Made by a program: the position numbers and the translations under genes. A stretch of 64,000 nucleotides of DNA from Chitinophagaceae bacterium (GTDB lineage Bacteria > Bacteroidota > Bacteroidia > Chitinophagales > Chitinophagaceae): the NCBI GenBank assembly GCA_041752235.1, contig JBGSHM010000002.1, forward strand, positions 16,637 through 80,636, in the 5' to 3' direction. Below the pieces are notes generated by a model, which was not told where the DNA came from, did no database searches, and saw nothing but the letters and a program-made list of their open reading frames with translations. Positions 1-9,831 of this stretch are shown here, in pieces (position 1 is the first letter of the stretch; the number at the start of each line of letters is the position of its first letter).

Positions 1-169
1 ATTTACCCGGGGCATATCGGTACAATCGTTTATCCTCCGGAATGGATTTCAAATAAGAAATGAATGGGGCAGAATGTGCTTCAAAAGCGGTCAGCAGATC
101 ATCTTCCTTTACAACCTGTATGTACTTGTGGAAAAAATGAGTGACGCGGGCGAGGTCGGGACGTGGCAT
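1..169 (-). CDS. DinB family protein, N-terminal fragment (gene runs off the window start)
   Basis: Reverse translation from ATG at 169..167 gives MPRPDLARVTHFFHKYIQVVKEDDLLTAFEAHSAPFISYLKSIPEDKRLYRYAPGK. The ...YAPGK(W) N-terminus is typical of DinB/YfiT-like proteins. It is below the 60-aa ORF-track cutoff. Confidence 0.5.
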   Translation of the reverse strand, partial: MPRPDLARVTHFFHKYIQVVKEDDLLTAFEAHSAPFISYLKSIPEDKRLYRYAPGK

Positions 170-210
170 GGTTTGGTTTTGCTCAAATTTAGCGAGCAAA
201 TAATTAAATT

Positions 211-303
211 AGAAATAAGGAATAATAAATAAGGAATAAGGAAGTAAAAGAAATTTCTCTTACTTCCTTATTCCTTATTCAATCTTTCTTATTCCTTATT
301 TCT
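211..303. repeat. Family A heptamer palindrome (AATAAGG units), copy 1
   Basis: AATAAGG AATAATA AATAAGG AATAAGG AAGTAAA faces CCTTATT CCTTATT ... CCTTATT. Perfect 20-bp stem 228..247 / 260..279, and outer 13-mer AGAAATAAGGAAT / ATTCCTTATTTCT. Confidence 0.85.
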
Positions 304-2034
304 CTAAAACGGCTTTTTATTCGACGGATTTCCCCGCTCGCCCTTCAAGGTTGCGGCCAATTTTACGGCCTCATATAAATTCACCAATCCGCCTGTTTTG
401 CTGATCTCGCTCAGAGGCACATCTTTATTGGTGCCGGGGATACGAACCAACTGATCGGTCTTAGTAGAAGATGCCTCGATCACAAATTTTACCTGCTCAG
501 GGCTAAGGTCAGGAAAATAAGAGAGGATAAAAGCAGACATACCCGCTACAACCGGGGCGGCCATGCTGGTACCCTGAGCAATTCCATAGGTATTGCCACC
601 AGGTATGGTGGAATATATTTTCATACCAGGCGCAAAAACATCCACATCCTGCTTTCCATAATTGGAGAAAGAGGCTGTAAGGGAATTGTATTTTTCACCG
701 TTTGGAGCCATTTGATCCAGACCTGTATCTCCACTGGCTCCCACATTGATCCAGTTGGTCGCCTTCTTACCATTGTCCCAGAAATAGGCATTGGGAAAAC
801 TGGGCATGCTGTCCACGTTTCTGGATTCATTGCCGGCGGCGTGAACAAGGAGCACCCCTTTGCTGGCTGCATATTGGACGGCCTCATCCACCCATTTCTT
901 TTCAGGGGAGAAATATTTACCAAAACTCATATTGATCACCTGCGCGCCATTATCTACCGCATAACGAATGGCCAGGGCTACATCCTTATCGTGTTCATCG
1001 CCGTCAGGTACAGCGCGGATGGACATGATCCGAACATTATCAGCGACCCCATCCATACCCAGGCCATTGTTTCGAATGGCACCAATGATACCGGAAACAT
1101 GGGTTCCGTGAAAGGGAGTACTCGCCATCACATCACCATTGCCATAAAATTGATCTTTAAAATCAAGATAATTATCCATCACAACTGAACCGCGATAATC
1201 AATGGGAGCACCTTGTCCGGCCTCTGCCTTACGCACTTCACCGGCGAGGTATTCCACGTATTCGCCAAAGCCTTGCAGGATATCTCTGTTCTCTTTATCC
1301 TTCAGATTATTGGCCTCCATCAAATAGGTAAACACGGCTTTAGCCCTTTTAATGCCTTTATCCTCGCTGGTGATATTCTTGATATCATCATATCCAAAAG
1401 CTTTCTTACCCAAATGTGTCTGGAGCAAACTGTCCATCATGACCACATCCTCATAATTCTGTTTGGTATCGGTATAATCCTGTTTCAGGGATTCTACATT
1501 CGTCTCTTTCCCCTTGGCCTTTGATTCTTCCATTTCCTGTTTGGCACGCAACCAGGTCTCATACTGATATTTCTCTTCGGCGCTTAATTTCTTTACGTCA
1601 ATTTCCTTTCCTTCAAATTTATCCTTCCAACCATAGTAAACACGATGTACTTCATACGAATCCTCTTTCACATTCCGGCCATCACGTCCACCCAAAAAAT
1701 TCCAGCCATTGATATCGTCGATATAGCCGTTCTTATCATCGTCCTTTCCATTTCCCGGAATCTCTTTGGGGTTAACCCAGAGAATACCTTTCAGGTCCTC
1801 ATGGGTAGTGTCAACACCCGAGTCGATTACCGCAACAATAACGGTCTTACTCTTACGGCCTTTAACAAAATCATAAGCCTTATCTAAACTGATACCGGAA
1901 AACCCATCTTTCTGGGCATCCTTCAAATGCCATCCATTGGGAACCTTTTCTTCGGCCATTTGACCATAGGAGAGGGGGGATACGGCAATAAAGCAGATCA
2001 TGGCTGCAATCGGTGCGAGGAATTTGAACTTCAT
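304..2034 (-). CDS. Secreted S8 family (subtilisin-like) serine peptidase
   Basis: 576-aa ORF with signal peptide MKFKFLAPIAAMICFIAVSPLSYGQ. Subtilase triad motifs are present: VIDSGVD (Asp), HGTHVSG (His), GTSMAAP (Ser). Confidence 0.9.
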   Translation of the reverse strand: MKFKFLAPIAAMICFIAVSPLSYGQMAEEKVPNGWHLKDAQKDGFSGISLDKAYDFVKGRKSKTVIVAVIDSGVDTTHEDLKGILWVNPKEIPGNGKDDDKNGYIDDINGWNFLGGRDGRNVKEDSYEVHRVYYGWKDKFEGKEIDVKKLSAEEKYQYETWLRAKQEMEESKAKGKETNVESLKQDYTDTKQNYEDVVMMDSLLQTHLGKKAFGYDDIKNITSEDKGIKRAKAVFTYLMEANNLKDKENRDILQGFGEYVEYLAGEVRKAEAGQGAPIDYRGSVVMDNYLDFKDQFYGNGDVMASTPFHGTHVSGIIGAIRNNGLGMDGVADNVRIMSIRAVPDGDEHDKDVALAIRYAVDNGAQVINMSFGKYFSPEKKWVDEAVQYAASKGVLLVHAAGNESRNVDSMPSFPNAYFWDNGKKATNWINVGASGDTGLDQMAPNGEKYNSLTASFSNYGKQDVDVFAPGMKIYSTIPGGNTYGIAQGTSMAAPVVAGMSAFILSYFPDLSPEQVKFVIEASSTKTDQLVRIPGTNKDVPLSEISKTGGLVNLYEAVKLAATLKGERGNPSNKKPF

Positions 2035-2185
2035 TCGAATCTTTGTTTTTTAAGAAGGTGCGAAAATAGAGGAATTCCCTATTGACACGACACAATTAAC
2101 TAATATTCATGTATAGGTTCTAACCATTCATCCAAAATGACAATCCGGAGAGGATGAACCGGGTATCCTATACCGGTTAATGGAC

Positions 2186-2221
2186 GGAAAAAAAAATCTC
2201 CCGGTTGCCTGACCGGGAGAT
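2186..2221 (-). terminator. Rho-independent terminator after the OmpA-family gene
   Basis: 10-bp stem ATCTCCCGGT/ACCGGGAGAT, followed on the minus strand by a run of nine T. Confidence 0.8.
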
Positions 2222-2238
2222 TTTAACAACTATGGTTA

Positions 2239-3762
2239 TCAATTGTTTTTGAGCTTTAATTCCACCCGGCGGTTCAGGGATCTTTCCGCGGATGTTTTCT
2301 CCTGATTCAATAATTGGCTGGAACCATATCCGGTACTCACCAAGCGGTCGGCAGCCACCCCTTTGGCCACCAGGTAGGTTTTGACCGCCTCGGCCCTGGT
2401 TTCAGACAGGCGCTGGTTGTAACGAGGGTCTCCCTCACTGGAAGTATGGCCCTCAATATTGATCAGTAACTCGGGGTGGGCGTTTAGCAGTTCGGCCACT
2501 TCGTCCAGCAGTTTCTTTGACGGATCGGTCAATATGGATTTACCTGTTTTGAATTGAATCTGACGGGCTACAAAATTCACTTTTTCCACGATCTCTTCCT
2601 TCACCGCCGGGCATCCATTGTTCTCTTTCAATCCCGGTACATCTGGACAACGATCCTGTTCATCATTTACTCCATCTGCATCTGTATCGGGTATGGGACA
2701 GCCCTGGTATTTGGCCGATCCGGCTACATCTTTACATTTATCTTCTTTGTCATTGACCCCATCTCCATCAGAATCAGGAATCGGACAACCTTTGTATTCG
2801 GACAAACCAGCCACCTGTGGGCATTCATCTTCTTCATCATTCACTCCGTCCTTATCACTATCCGGAATGGGGCATCCTTCATACCGTAGCAACCCACTTA
2901 CACCCGGGCATTTGTCTTTCTGATCAGCTATTCCATCGCCATCCGTATCCGGACAACCTTGGGTTAGTGCCGTACCGGGTTCTTCCGGGCAAAGATCTTC
3001 CAAATCGATCACGCCGTCATTGTCACGGTCCTTGGGCTTATCGGACAGGTCTACTGGCTGACCAATGAAAATTCCCAATGTCGCACCGATCACCTGATGT
3101 TTAAAGGACCCCGGATAGGAGGCCTCATATACATCGGTCAGACTACGGCTGTATTGGGCGGTCAGGAATATTTTCCTAAACTCTATACCGGCAAGCGCAT
3201 TGACCCCAATATCCATGGTCCGGTATTTATCCGTTCCCTTGCCCACGGCAAGGTCACTGTTCTCTTCTGATTTAAAATCAACTCCCACCAGGTTGCTGCT
3301 TCTTTTTTCAACCCCATTATAGAAAAAGGAAAGATAGGGGCCTCCGCCAACCAGGAACTTTGCCTTTTCACCCAGCTTTTTCTTAAAAACGAGGTTCAAG
3401 GGGATATCAATATAATTGAGATATTGTGTGCCATCTACCAGGTAGCGTGTAGCAAAACTGGTGTCTGTGGAAGAGTAAAAACTATCGGCTACATTGGAAT
3501 ACTTGCGCCCCTTGTTATAAAACACAAATCCAGGTTGAAAGTAAAAGGAGGATTTCTGACCCAATTGAAGGTCACCCACAAATCCAACATGAAAACCTGG
3601 GCGGGCTGTATAACCCCGGCTGATGGAATCCCATCCGGGCAGGTTATTTGTTTCTTTGATCGTTGATACATGGGGCCCGCCAACCAAGGCGATCCTCAAT
3701 TGAGCAAAGGAAAACAGGGGAGTAGCGATCGTCAAAAAGACAATAAGTCGAAGTTTTTTCAT
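2239..3762 (-). CDS. OmpA family outer-membrane protein with thrombospondin type-3 repeats
   Basis: Signal peptide MKKLRLIVFLTIATPLFSFAQ starts at internal ATG 3762, so the 24 upstream codons of the track ORF are unlikely to be translated. It has five DxDxDGxxDxxDxCP repeats and a C-terminal OmpA peptidoglycan-binding domain (NQRLSETRA...RRVEL). Confidence 0.9.
   Translation of the reverse strand: MKKLRLIVFLTIATPLFSFAQLRIALVGGPHVSTIKETNNLPGWDSISRGYTARPGFHVGFVGDLQLGQKSSFYFQPGFVFYNKGRKYSNVADSFYSSTDTSFATRYLVDGTQYLNYIDIPLNLVFKKKLGEKAKFLVGGGPYLSFFYNGVEKRSSNLVGVDFKSEENSDLAVGKGTDKYRTMDIGVNALAGIEFRKIFLTAQYSRSLTDVYEASYPGSFKHQVIGATLGIFIGQPVDLSDKPKDRDNDGVIDLEDLCPEEPGTALTQGCPDTDGDGIADQKDKCPGVSGLLRYEGCPIPDSDKDGVNDEEDECPQVAGLSEYKGCPIPDSDGDGVNDKEDKCKDVAGSAKYQGCPIPDTDADGVNDEQDRCPDVPGLKENNGCPAVKEEIVEKVNFVARQIQFKTGKSILTDPSKKLLDEVAELLNAHPELLINIEGHTSSEGDPRYNQRLSETRAEAVKTYLVAKGVAADRLVSTGYGSSQLLNQEKTSAERSLNRRVELKLKNN
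2599..3042 (-). repeat. Coding tandem repeats (thrombospondin type-3 / Asp-rich calcium-binding units) inside the OmpA-family gene
   Basis: Five successive units of about 28 aa: DNDGVIDLEDLCP, DTDGDGIADQKDKCP, DSDKDGVNDEEDECP, DSDGDGVNDKEDKCK, DTDADGVNDEQDRCP. Confidence 0.8.
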
Positions 3763-3810
3763 CAGGACGTGTTTTACACAGAATTGGATAGGGGAATAAC
3801 GAAAAAACTT

Positions 3811-3818
3811 CAAAAATA
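3811..3818 (-). promoter_or_regulatory. Candidate -7 promoter box (TATTTTTG on the minus strand) for the OmpA-family gene
   Basis: CAAAAATA on the plus strand, 49 nt upstream of ATG 3762. Confidence 0.4.
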
Positions 3819-3845
3819 TTATCCTGTAAATCAAAGTTTTACAGG

Positions 3846-5369
3846 CTAAAGATCAAACTTGATCCCTTGAGCCAGAGGCAGTTGGTCACCGTAGTTGATG
3901 GTATTGGTCTGCCGGCGCATATAGGCCTTCCAGGCATCGCTTCCACTTTCACGTCCACCCCCCGTTTCTTTTTCACCCCCAAAAGCCCCGCCGATCTCGG
4001 CCCCGGAGGTACCGATATTGACATTGGCAATACCACAATCACTCCCGGCGGCTGAAAGGAAACGTTCCGCTTCCCGAAGGTTGAGGGTCATGATCGCCGA
4101 TGACAAACCCTGGGGAACCCCATTCTGAATGGCGATGGCTTCCTCGAGGGTAGTATATTTCAGGAGATACAGGATAGGGGCAAAGGTTTCGTGTTGTACG
4201 ATGGCATAATGGGGTTTTGCTTCAGCTACACAGGGTTGAACATAGCAACCACTTTCAAATCCATCTCCTTCCAGCACTTTGGCTTCCACGATAAAGTTTC
4301 CACCTTCCTGCCGACAGGTTTTTACAGCCTCCTCGTACATTTTTACCGCGTCCTTATCAATCAGGGGGCCCACATGGTTGCGCTCATCCAATGGGTCACC
4401 GATCTGAAGTTGTTTATAGGCAGCGATCAGTTTTTCTTTTACCTGCTCATACACTGATTCATGAATAATCAGCCGGCGGGTGGACGTACACCGCTGACCT
4501 GCTGTACCCACGGCACCAAATAACGCACCGCGAATGGCCATATCCAGATCAGCATGTTGCGAAATGATAATGGCGTTGTTCCCCCCGAGCTCCAACAGGG
4601 CACGTCCCAATCGGGCACCCACCGTTGCACCAACAGCCTTTCCCATCCGGGTAGAACCAGTTGCAGAAATAAGAGGAATACGGGTATCCGCGGCCATCCA
4701 TTCCCCCACATCACGTCCACCGGTAATCAGACAATTTACCCCTTCGGGTATTCCATTCTTTTCAAAAACCTCATTCACGATATGTTGACAGGCTACACCA
4801 CAAAGGGGCGCCTTTTCAGATGGTTTCCAAATACAGACATTTCCACAAACCCAGGCCAACATGCTGTTCCAACTCCAAACGGCAACTGGAAAATTAAACG
4901 CCGATATGATACCGGTAATGCCAAGTGGATGCCATTGTTCATACATCCGGTGTTGTGGCCTTTCACTGTGCATGGTCAACCCATGTAATTGCCGGGATAG
5001 TCCTACCGCAAAATCACAGATATCAATCATCTCTTGTACCTCTCCATATCCTTCCTGCAGGCTTTTTCCCATTTCATAGGAAACGAGTTTTCCCAGGGGC
5101 TCCTTATAGGCTCGTAATGCTTCACCCACCTGACGGACGATCTCGCCCCGCTTGGGTGCAGGAACCGTTCTCCAATAGTCAAATGCCTGTTGCGCTTTCT
5201 TGATAACGGCCTCATAAGCCGCTTTATCGGCTAAGGTCACTGAACCTATGACCTTCCCATCTACCGGTGAGGTTGAAACCAGGCTGCCACCTGTGGTTTC
5301 CAACCATTCTTTTCCCGTACTGATTCCTTTATTCGTTTCCCCGATCTTGAGTGCCTTTAAAAAATCCAT
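3846..5369 (-). CDS. Aldehyde dehydrogenase family protein, ALDH7/AmaB-like (alpha-aminoadipic / piperideine-6-carboxylate semialdehyde dehydrogenase type)
   Basis: 507-aa ORF with ALDH hallmarks ELGGNNA and catalytic-Cys motif GQRCTS. The subfamily assignment is from remembered N-terminal pattern and length only. Confidence 0.8.
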   Translation of the reverse strand: MDFLKALKIGETNKGISTGKEWLETTGGSLVSTSPVDGKVIGSVTLADKAAYEAVIKKAQQAFDYWRTVPAPKRGEIVRQVGEALRAYKEPLGKLVSYEMGKSLQEGYGEVQEMIDICDFAVGLSRQLHGLTMHSERPQHRMYEQWHPLGITGIISAFNFPVAVWSWNSMLAWVCGNVCIWKPSEKAPLCGVACQHIVNEVFEKNGIPEGVNCLITGGRDVGEWMAADTRIPLISATGSTRMGKAVGATVGARLGRALLELGGNNAIIISQHADLDMAIRGALFGAVGTAGQRCTSTRRLIIHESVYEQVKEKLIAAYKQLQIGDPLDERNHVGPLIDKDAVKMYEEAVKTCRQEGGNFIVEAKVLEGDGFESGCYVQPCVAEAKPHYAIVQHETFAPILYLLKYTTLEEAIAIQNGVPQGLSSAIMTLNLREAERFLSAAGSDCGIANVNIGTSGAEIGGAFGGEKETGGGRESGSDAWKAYMRRQTNTINYGDQLPLAQGIKFDL

Positions 5370-5403
5370 ATGGTAATTTTATCGTTTCTTATAATTTTTC
5401 CAA

Positions 5404-5453
5404 TAAATCCCCAAATCAAATCCTTATAATCCTTTAATCCTAAAATCCTGGTC
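5404..5453. repeat. Family D AATCC-word array (about 8-nt units), copy 1
   Basis: TAAATCCCCAAATCAAATCCTTATAATCCTTTAATCCTAAAATCCTGGTC abuts the panB stop. Confidence 0.7.
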
Positions 5454-6267
5454 AATACTGCTCCTGCTCATTCGGAAACTCCCCACTCTTCACATCACTT
5501 ATATAATGTTGTACAGCGCCTTTAACCAGTCCATGCAGGTCAAGGTATTGTCGTAAGAATCGGGGTTTGAATTCAGTATTGATCCCAAGCATATCATGCA
5601 TCACCAATACCTGGCCATCACAACCCGGACCGGCACCAATACCAATGGTGGGGATGGTCAGGCTTTCGGAAACCTCTTTGGCTAATTTGGCCGGTATCTT
5701 TTCAAGTACGATGGCAAAACATCCGGCTTCTTCCAACAGCCTGGCATCTTTTTTTAGCTTTTCGGCTTCGGCATCTTCTTTAGCACGTACCGAATAGGTA
5801 CCAAATTTATAGATCGACTGAGGAGTTAATCCCAGATGTCCCATGACAGGAATACCTGCAGAGACGATCCGGTTCACCGATTCCAGCACTTCTTCACCAC
5901 CTTCTAATTTTAGGGAATGTGCGCCTGTTTCTTTCATGATCCGGATGGCGGAGGCCAGGGCCTCCACCGAATTGGATTGATAAGAACCAAAAGGAAGGTC
6001 AACCACGACCAGACACCTTTCCACCCCTCGGATGACCGAGGCAGCATGATAGATCATTTGATCAAGGGTGATAGGCAAGGTGGTTTCATGACCCGCCATG
6101 ACATTGGAGGCAGAATCCCCCACCAGGATCACATCAATACCTGACTCATCAAATAAGCGGGCAAAGGAAAAATCATAGGCCGTGATCATAGCGATCTTCT
6201 GACCCGATGCCTTCATTTTGTTCAGGGTATTGGTCGTGATACGTTTGACTTCCTTATTAACGGACAT
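5452..6267 (-). CDS. panB: 3-methyl-2-oxobutanoate hydroxymethyltransferase
   Basis: [51 protein letters not shown] is the PanB core. The ATG at 6267 (MSVNKEVK...) fits the usual N-terminus better than the upstream ATG at 6297. Confidence 0.9.
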   Translation of the reverse strand: MSVNKEVKRITTNTLNKMKASGQKIAMITAYDFSFARLFDESGIDVILVGDSASNVMAGHETTLPITLDQMIYHAASVIRGVERCLVVVDLPFGSYQSNSVEALASAIRIMKETGAHSLKLEGGEEVLESVNRIVSAGIPVMGHLGLTPQSIYKFGTYSVRAKEDAEAEKLKKDARLLEEAGCFAIVLEKIPAKLAKEVSESLTIPTIGIGAGPGCDGQVLVMHDMLGINTEFKPRFLRQYLDLHGLVKGAVQHYISDVKSGEFPNEQEQY

Positions 6268-6303
6268 ATGAGGGATTTGAAGGACAAAATTAGTCAAATC
6301 CCA

Positions 6304-7194
6304 TCAGGAAATGGGAGACTTCACCTCTTCGTATAAATTATGAATCAGGCCATCTGCAAGACCTATTTTGGGGACATAGATCTCTTCGGCATCGGCCCAG
6401 CGCATCACGTTGATATAGATCAGAAGGGCAGGGACGATCACATCCGCACGGTCTTCCCTTAATTTATACAACATTATTCGTTGGGAAACGGTCAGGTTAC
6501 TAAATTCCTTGTAGTAATCACGAAGCAATTCAAGATGCAAGGGTTTTCCCTCCTTCTTCTTCGACAGCGAAAAAAGTTTGTTGATATTCCCTCCCGATCC
6601 GATAGCGGTAACGTGGTGGTGCCCCTTGGTTTTGGTCTTGATGAATTCTTTCATGGCATCCCATTGCGATTCATTGACCTGGTTCTTGAGCAAACGGATC
6701 GTTCCGATATTAAAGGATTCTTTAAATACCATTTTACCATCGCTAAAGAAAGTGAGCTCGGTACTGCCGCCCCCTACATCAATGTAGAGGTAGGATTCGT
6801 CCTTATTCATGCTTTCAGCAATGTGGTTTTCGTAAATAAACGAGGCTTCTTCCTGACCACTGATGATCTCAATTTCGATACCTGTTTCCAGTTTAACCCG
6901 GCGAATTATTTCTTCGGAGTTGGAGGCGTCCCGCATGGCTGAAGTGGCGCAGGCTTTCAGGTGTTTCACATCATACACATCAATCAGGTGACGATAGGAT
7001 TTGATGGTTTTTATGATCTTTTCTTCCCGGACAGGGGTAATGGTACCTTTTTCAAATACATCGAAACCCAGCCGAAGCGGTACCCTCACCAGAGTCATTT
7101 TTATGAATTCCGGTCGTTGAGTTCCATTCTCGATCACATCGCTGATGAGTAACCTTGCCGCATTACTTCCAATATCAATGGCTGCCAGTCTCAA
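6304..7194 (-). CDS. ppx: Ppx/GppA family phosphatase (exopolyphosphatase)
   Basis: ASKHA phosphate motifs AAIDIGSNAARLLI and IDVGGGSTELTF. It overlaps the stop of ppk1 by 20 nt. Confidence 0.85.
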   Translation of the reverse strand: MRLAAIDIGSNAARLLISDVIENGTQRPEFIKMTLVRVPLRLGFDVFEKGTITPVREEKIIKTIKSYRHLIDVYDVKHLKACATSAMRDASNSEEIIRRVKLETGIEIEIISGQEEASFIYENHIAESMNKDESYLYIDVGGGSTELTFFSDGKMVFKESFNIGTIRLLKNQVNESQWDAMKEFIKTKTKGHHHVTAIGSGGNINKLFSLSKKKEGKPLHLELLRDYYKEFSNLTVSQRIMLYKLREDRADVIVPALLIYINVMRWADAEEIYVPKIGLADGLIHNLYEEVKSPIS

Positions 7195-9271
7195 GAGGAG
7201 TCAATGTTTTTTTATACAGGTAATTGTAGATTTCGATCTGGGCGCGAATCCGTCTTTTCCCCATACGAACATATTCATTACTTAACGAGTTGTTCAGAAT
7301 GCGGGCCTTCACGTTGCCACTGAATTGGATATCGAGAATGTCCTTGAGTTCCTGCTGGATCTCCGGGCTCAATACCGGACAAGTGGCTTCGATCCGATGG
7401 TCAATGTTCCTTACCATCCAGTCGGCCGAAGATAAGTAAACTTTCTCTTTGCCTGCATTGTGAAATACCCACACACGGGCATGTTCAAGATATTCATCCA
7501 CGATGCTTACAGCATGTACGGGTGCTTTAAATTTAGCGTTCTCCGTCAGCATACAACAGATACCGCGTATCACCATCCGGATCTCTACCCCTTCCCGGGC
7601 TGCTTCATTTAGTTTTGAGATCAACCCTTCATCGGAGAGGGAGTTCATTTTAAGAATAATGCAAGCGGGTTTTCCCATTTTTGCCTGCCTGATCTCAAAA
7701 TGGATCAGCTTCTCAATTTCCTTGCGCACAATACCGGGACTGGGAACGATCATGCTGCAATTCCTGAGAACAGCCAACCCTTTTTTGGGTTTTTCCAGAA
7801 AGGCAAAAATGCGATTGATATCCGCCATGACCCGTCGGTTGCTCGTCATCAGGCAATGGTCACCATATACTTTTGCCGTTCTTTCGTTCAGGTTCCCTGT
7901 GCTCACAAATCCATACTGGATGGTTTTATTCTTTACTCTTTTTTTAATGAGACAAAGCTTGGCATGTACTTTCAGATTGGGGATACCGATCAATACTTTG
8001 ACGCCTTCTTCTTCCAGGAGTTCCTTCCAGGCCAGATTGGCTTCTTCATCAAAGCGGGCACGCAGTTCGAGCATCACTGTCACCTGTTTGCCATTCCGTA
8101 CGGCATTGATCAGCGCATTGACCACTTTTGAGTTAGGTGCAAGTCGATAGGCAGTTACTTTGATGGCCGTGACATCCGGATCGATGGCCGATTCACGCAA
8201 CAGATCGATCACGGGGTTGAACGAATGATAGGGGAAATGCAACATCAGGTCACCTTCCAAAACCGTTTCCGTGATACGTTTCCCATTTCGCAGGGAAGGG
8301 TGGGGAAATGGTTTCCTTCTTTGCCTTTTAACATGGAATACATTGTCTGGAAAATCCATGAAATGCCTAAAATTATGGATACGCCCTCCTGGAATGATAC
8401 TGTCCTTTCTGGCCAGGTTCAAATTACTGATCAGGAACTCCAAAAGGCCCGGGTCCATCTGCTTATCATAGACAAAACGCACCGGTTTTCCTTTCCGGCG
8501 GTTCTTCAATCCCTTTTCGAGTTTTTGAATAAGGGAAGTAGAAATATCATTATCAATATCGATCTCCGCGTCTTTCGTGATCTTGAATACATGCGAAGAA
8601 TAACGGTCATAACCAAAATAGGAAAAGATCACCGGCAGGTTGAACCGGATCACATCTTCCAGCAAGATGATATGATGTTCATCCGGATTGGGGGAAGGAA
8701 GTTGGATAAAACGTCCAAATACCCGACTCGGTACTTCAATCAGTGCAAATTTTTTCTTTAAAGCGGAATCCTTTTTCCACATAACCACGCCGAGGTATAT
8801 CGATTTTTCGCGCAGGTAGGGAAAACTCGGGATGCTCTGGATCATCAGGGGAATGACGTTCGAGCTCACTTCCTCGTCGTAATAACGACGTACAAACTCC
8901 TTCTGGTCCTTGTTCAATTGACGTTCCGTGACCAGGTATATTTTTTGATCCCGAAGTTGGTCAACGATATCCTCCCATATCCGGTCAAATTCTCTTTGCT
9001 GGTCCAATACAATACCCTGGATCTGGTCCAGTATATGCTGTGGATTGGACTCGAGATACATATTCTTGAGCCGGGTTCCAAATTGGATCATCCGACGAAT
9101 GGTGGCTACGCGTACCCGAAAGAATTCATCCAGGTTGTTGGAGAAGATACCTAGGAACCGTATCCGTTCACGTAAAGGAACAGATGGATCACCTGCTTCC
9201 TGTAAAACCCGGGCATTAAAAGACAGCCAACTGATATCCCGATAGATCGTTTTTGCTTTTTGTTCACTCAT
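7175..9271 (-). CDS. ppk1: Polyphosphate kinase 1
   Basis: 698-aa ORF. N-terminus RDISWLSFNARVLQEA, FLGIFSNNLDEFFRVRV, and two PLD-like HxK-containing C-terminal domains (VHAKLCLI...). Confidence 0.95.
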   Translation of the reverse strand: MSEQKAKTIYRDISWLSFNARVLQEAGDPSVPLRERIRFLGIFSNNLDEFFRVRVATIRRMIQFGTRLKNMYLESNPQHILDQIQGIVLDQQREFDRIWEDIVDQLRDQKIYLVTERQLNKDQKEFVRRYYDEEVSSNVIPLMIQSIPSFPYLREKSIYLGVVMWKKDSALKKKFALIEVPSRVFGRFIQLPSPNPDEHHIILLEDVIRFNLPVIFSYFGYDRYSSHVFKITKDAEIDIDNDISTSLIQKLEKGLKNRRKGKPVRFVYDKQMDPGLLEFLISNLNLARKDSIIPGGRIHNFRHFMDFPDNVFHVKRQRRKPFPHPSLRNGKRITETVLEGDLMLHFPYHSFNPVIDLLRESAIDPDVTAIKVTAYRLAPNSKVVNALINAVRNGKQVTVMLELRARFDEEANLAWKELLEEEGVKVLIGIPNLKVHAKLCLIKKRVKNKTIQYGFVSTGNLNERTAKVYGDHCLMTSNRRVMADINRIFAFLEKPKKGLAVLRNCSMIVPSPGIVRKEIEKLIHFEIRQAKMGKPACIILKMNSLSDEGLISKLNEAAREGVEIRMVIRGICCMLTENAKFKAPVHAVSIVDEYLEHARVWVFHNAGKEKVYLSSADWMVRNIDHRIEATCPVLSPEIQQELKDILDIQFSGNVKARILNNSLSNEYVRMGKRRIRAQIEIYNYLYKKTLTPLETGSH

Positions 9272-9342
9272 GCCATGCTTACTTTTCCGATTCGGGTAAA
9301 ATTAAGGAACAAGCCTTTTGGGGAATGTTAAGTTTTAAGGGA

Positions 9343-9831
9343 CTAACGGGACAATTTCTCTATGATGGACGTGGTCGAAAACCCTTCGAGGATCGGATTG
9401 AATACGACCTTTCCCCCGGAGGCAATGACCTCTTTGGCCCCAGCCACCTGATCTACGGTATAATCCCCGCCTTTGACCAACACATCCGGTTTTATTTGTC
9501 GGATAAGCTCCAACGGAGTGTCCTCTTCAAAGAGTACCACCGCATCTACCATGACCAGCGAAGCCATGACAAGGGCACGTGAATACTGATCATTAACGGG
9601 TCGCCCTTCTCCCTTGAGCTTTCGAACGGATCCATCGGCATTCAAGCCAACAACCAAATAGTCCGCCTGTCGGGCAGCCTCAGACAAAGAATAAATATGG
9701 CCCTGATGTAAAAGGTCAAAACAACCATTGGTAAAAGCCACTTTTTTTCCGGTCACCCGCCAGGCAGCTATGCGGGCCATCAGCACATCAACCGATACGA
9801 TTTTCTGGGTGATATGGGCGGTTGCTTTCAT
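9343..9831 (-). CDS. rfaE2: D-glycero-beta-D-manno-heptose 1-phosphate adenylyltransferase-like cytidylyltransferase (RfaE domain II type)
   Basis: 162 aa. NGCFDLLHQGHIYSL (the HxGH nucleotidyltransferase motif), VVGLNADGSVRKLKG, VLVKGGDY. Confidence 0.75.
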   Translation of the reverse strand: MKATAHITQKIVSVDVLMARIAAWRVTGKKVAFTNGCFDLLHQGHIYSLSEAARQADYLVVGLNADGSVRKLKGEGRPVNDQYSRALVMASLVMVDAVVLFEEDTPLELIRQIKPDVLVKGGDYTVDQVAGAKEVIASGGKVVFNPILEGFSTTSIIEKLSR

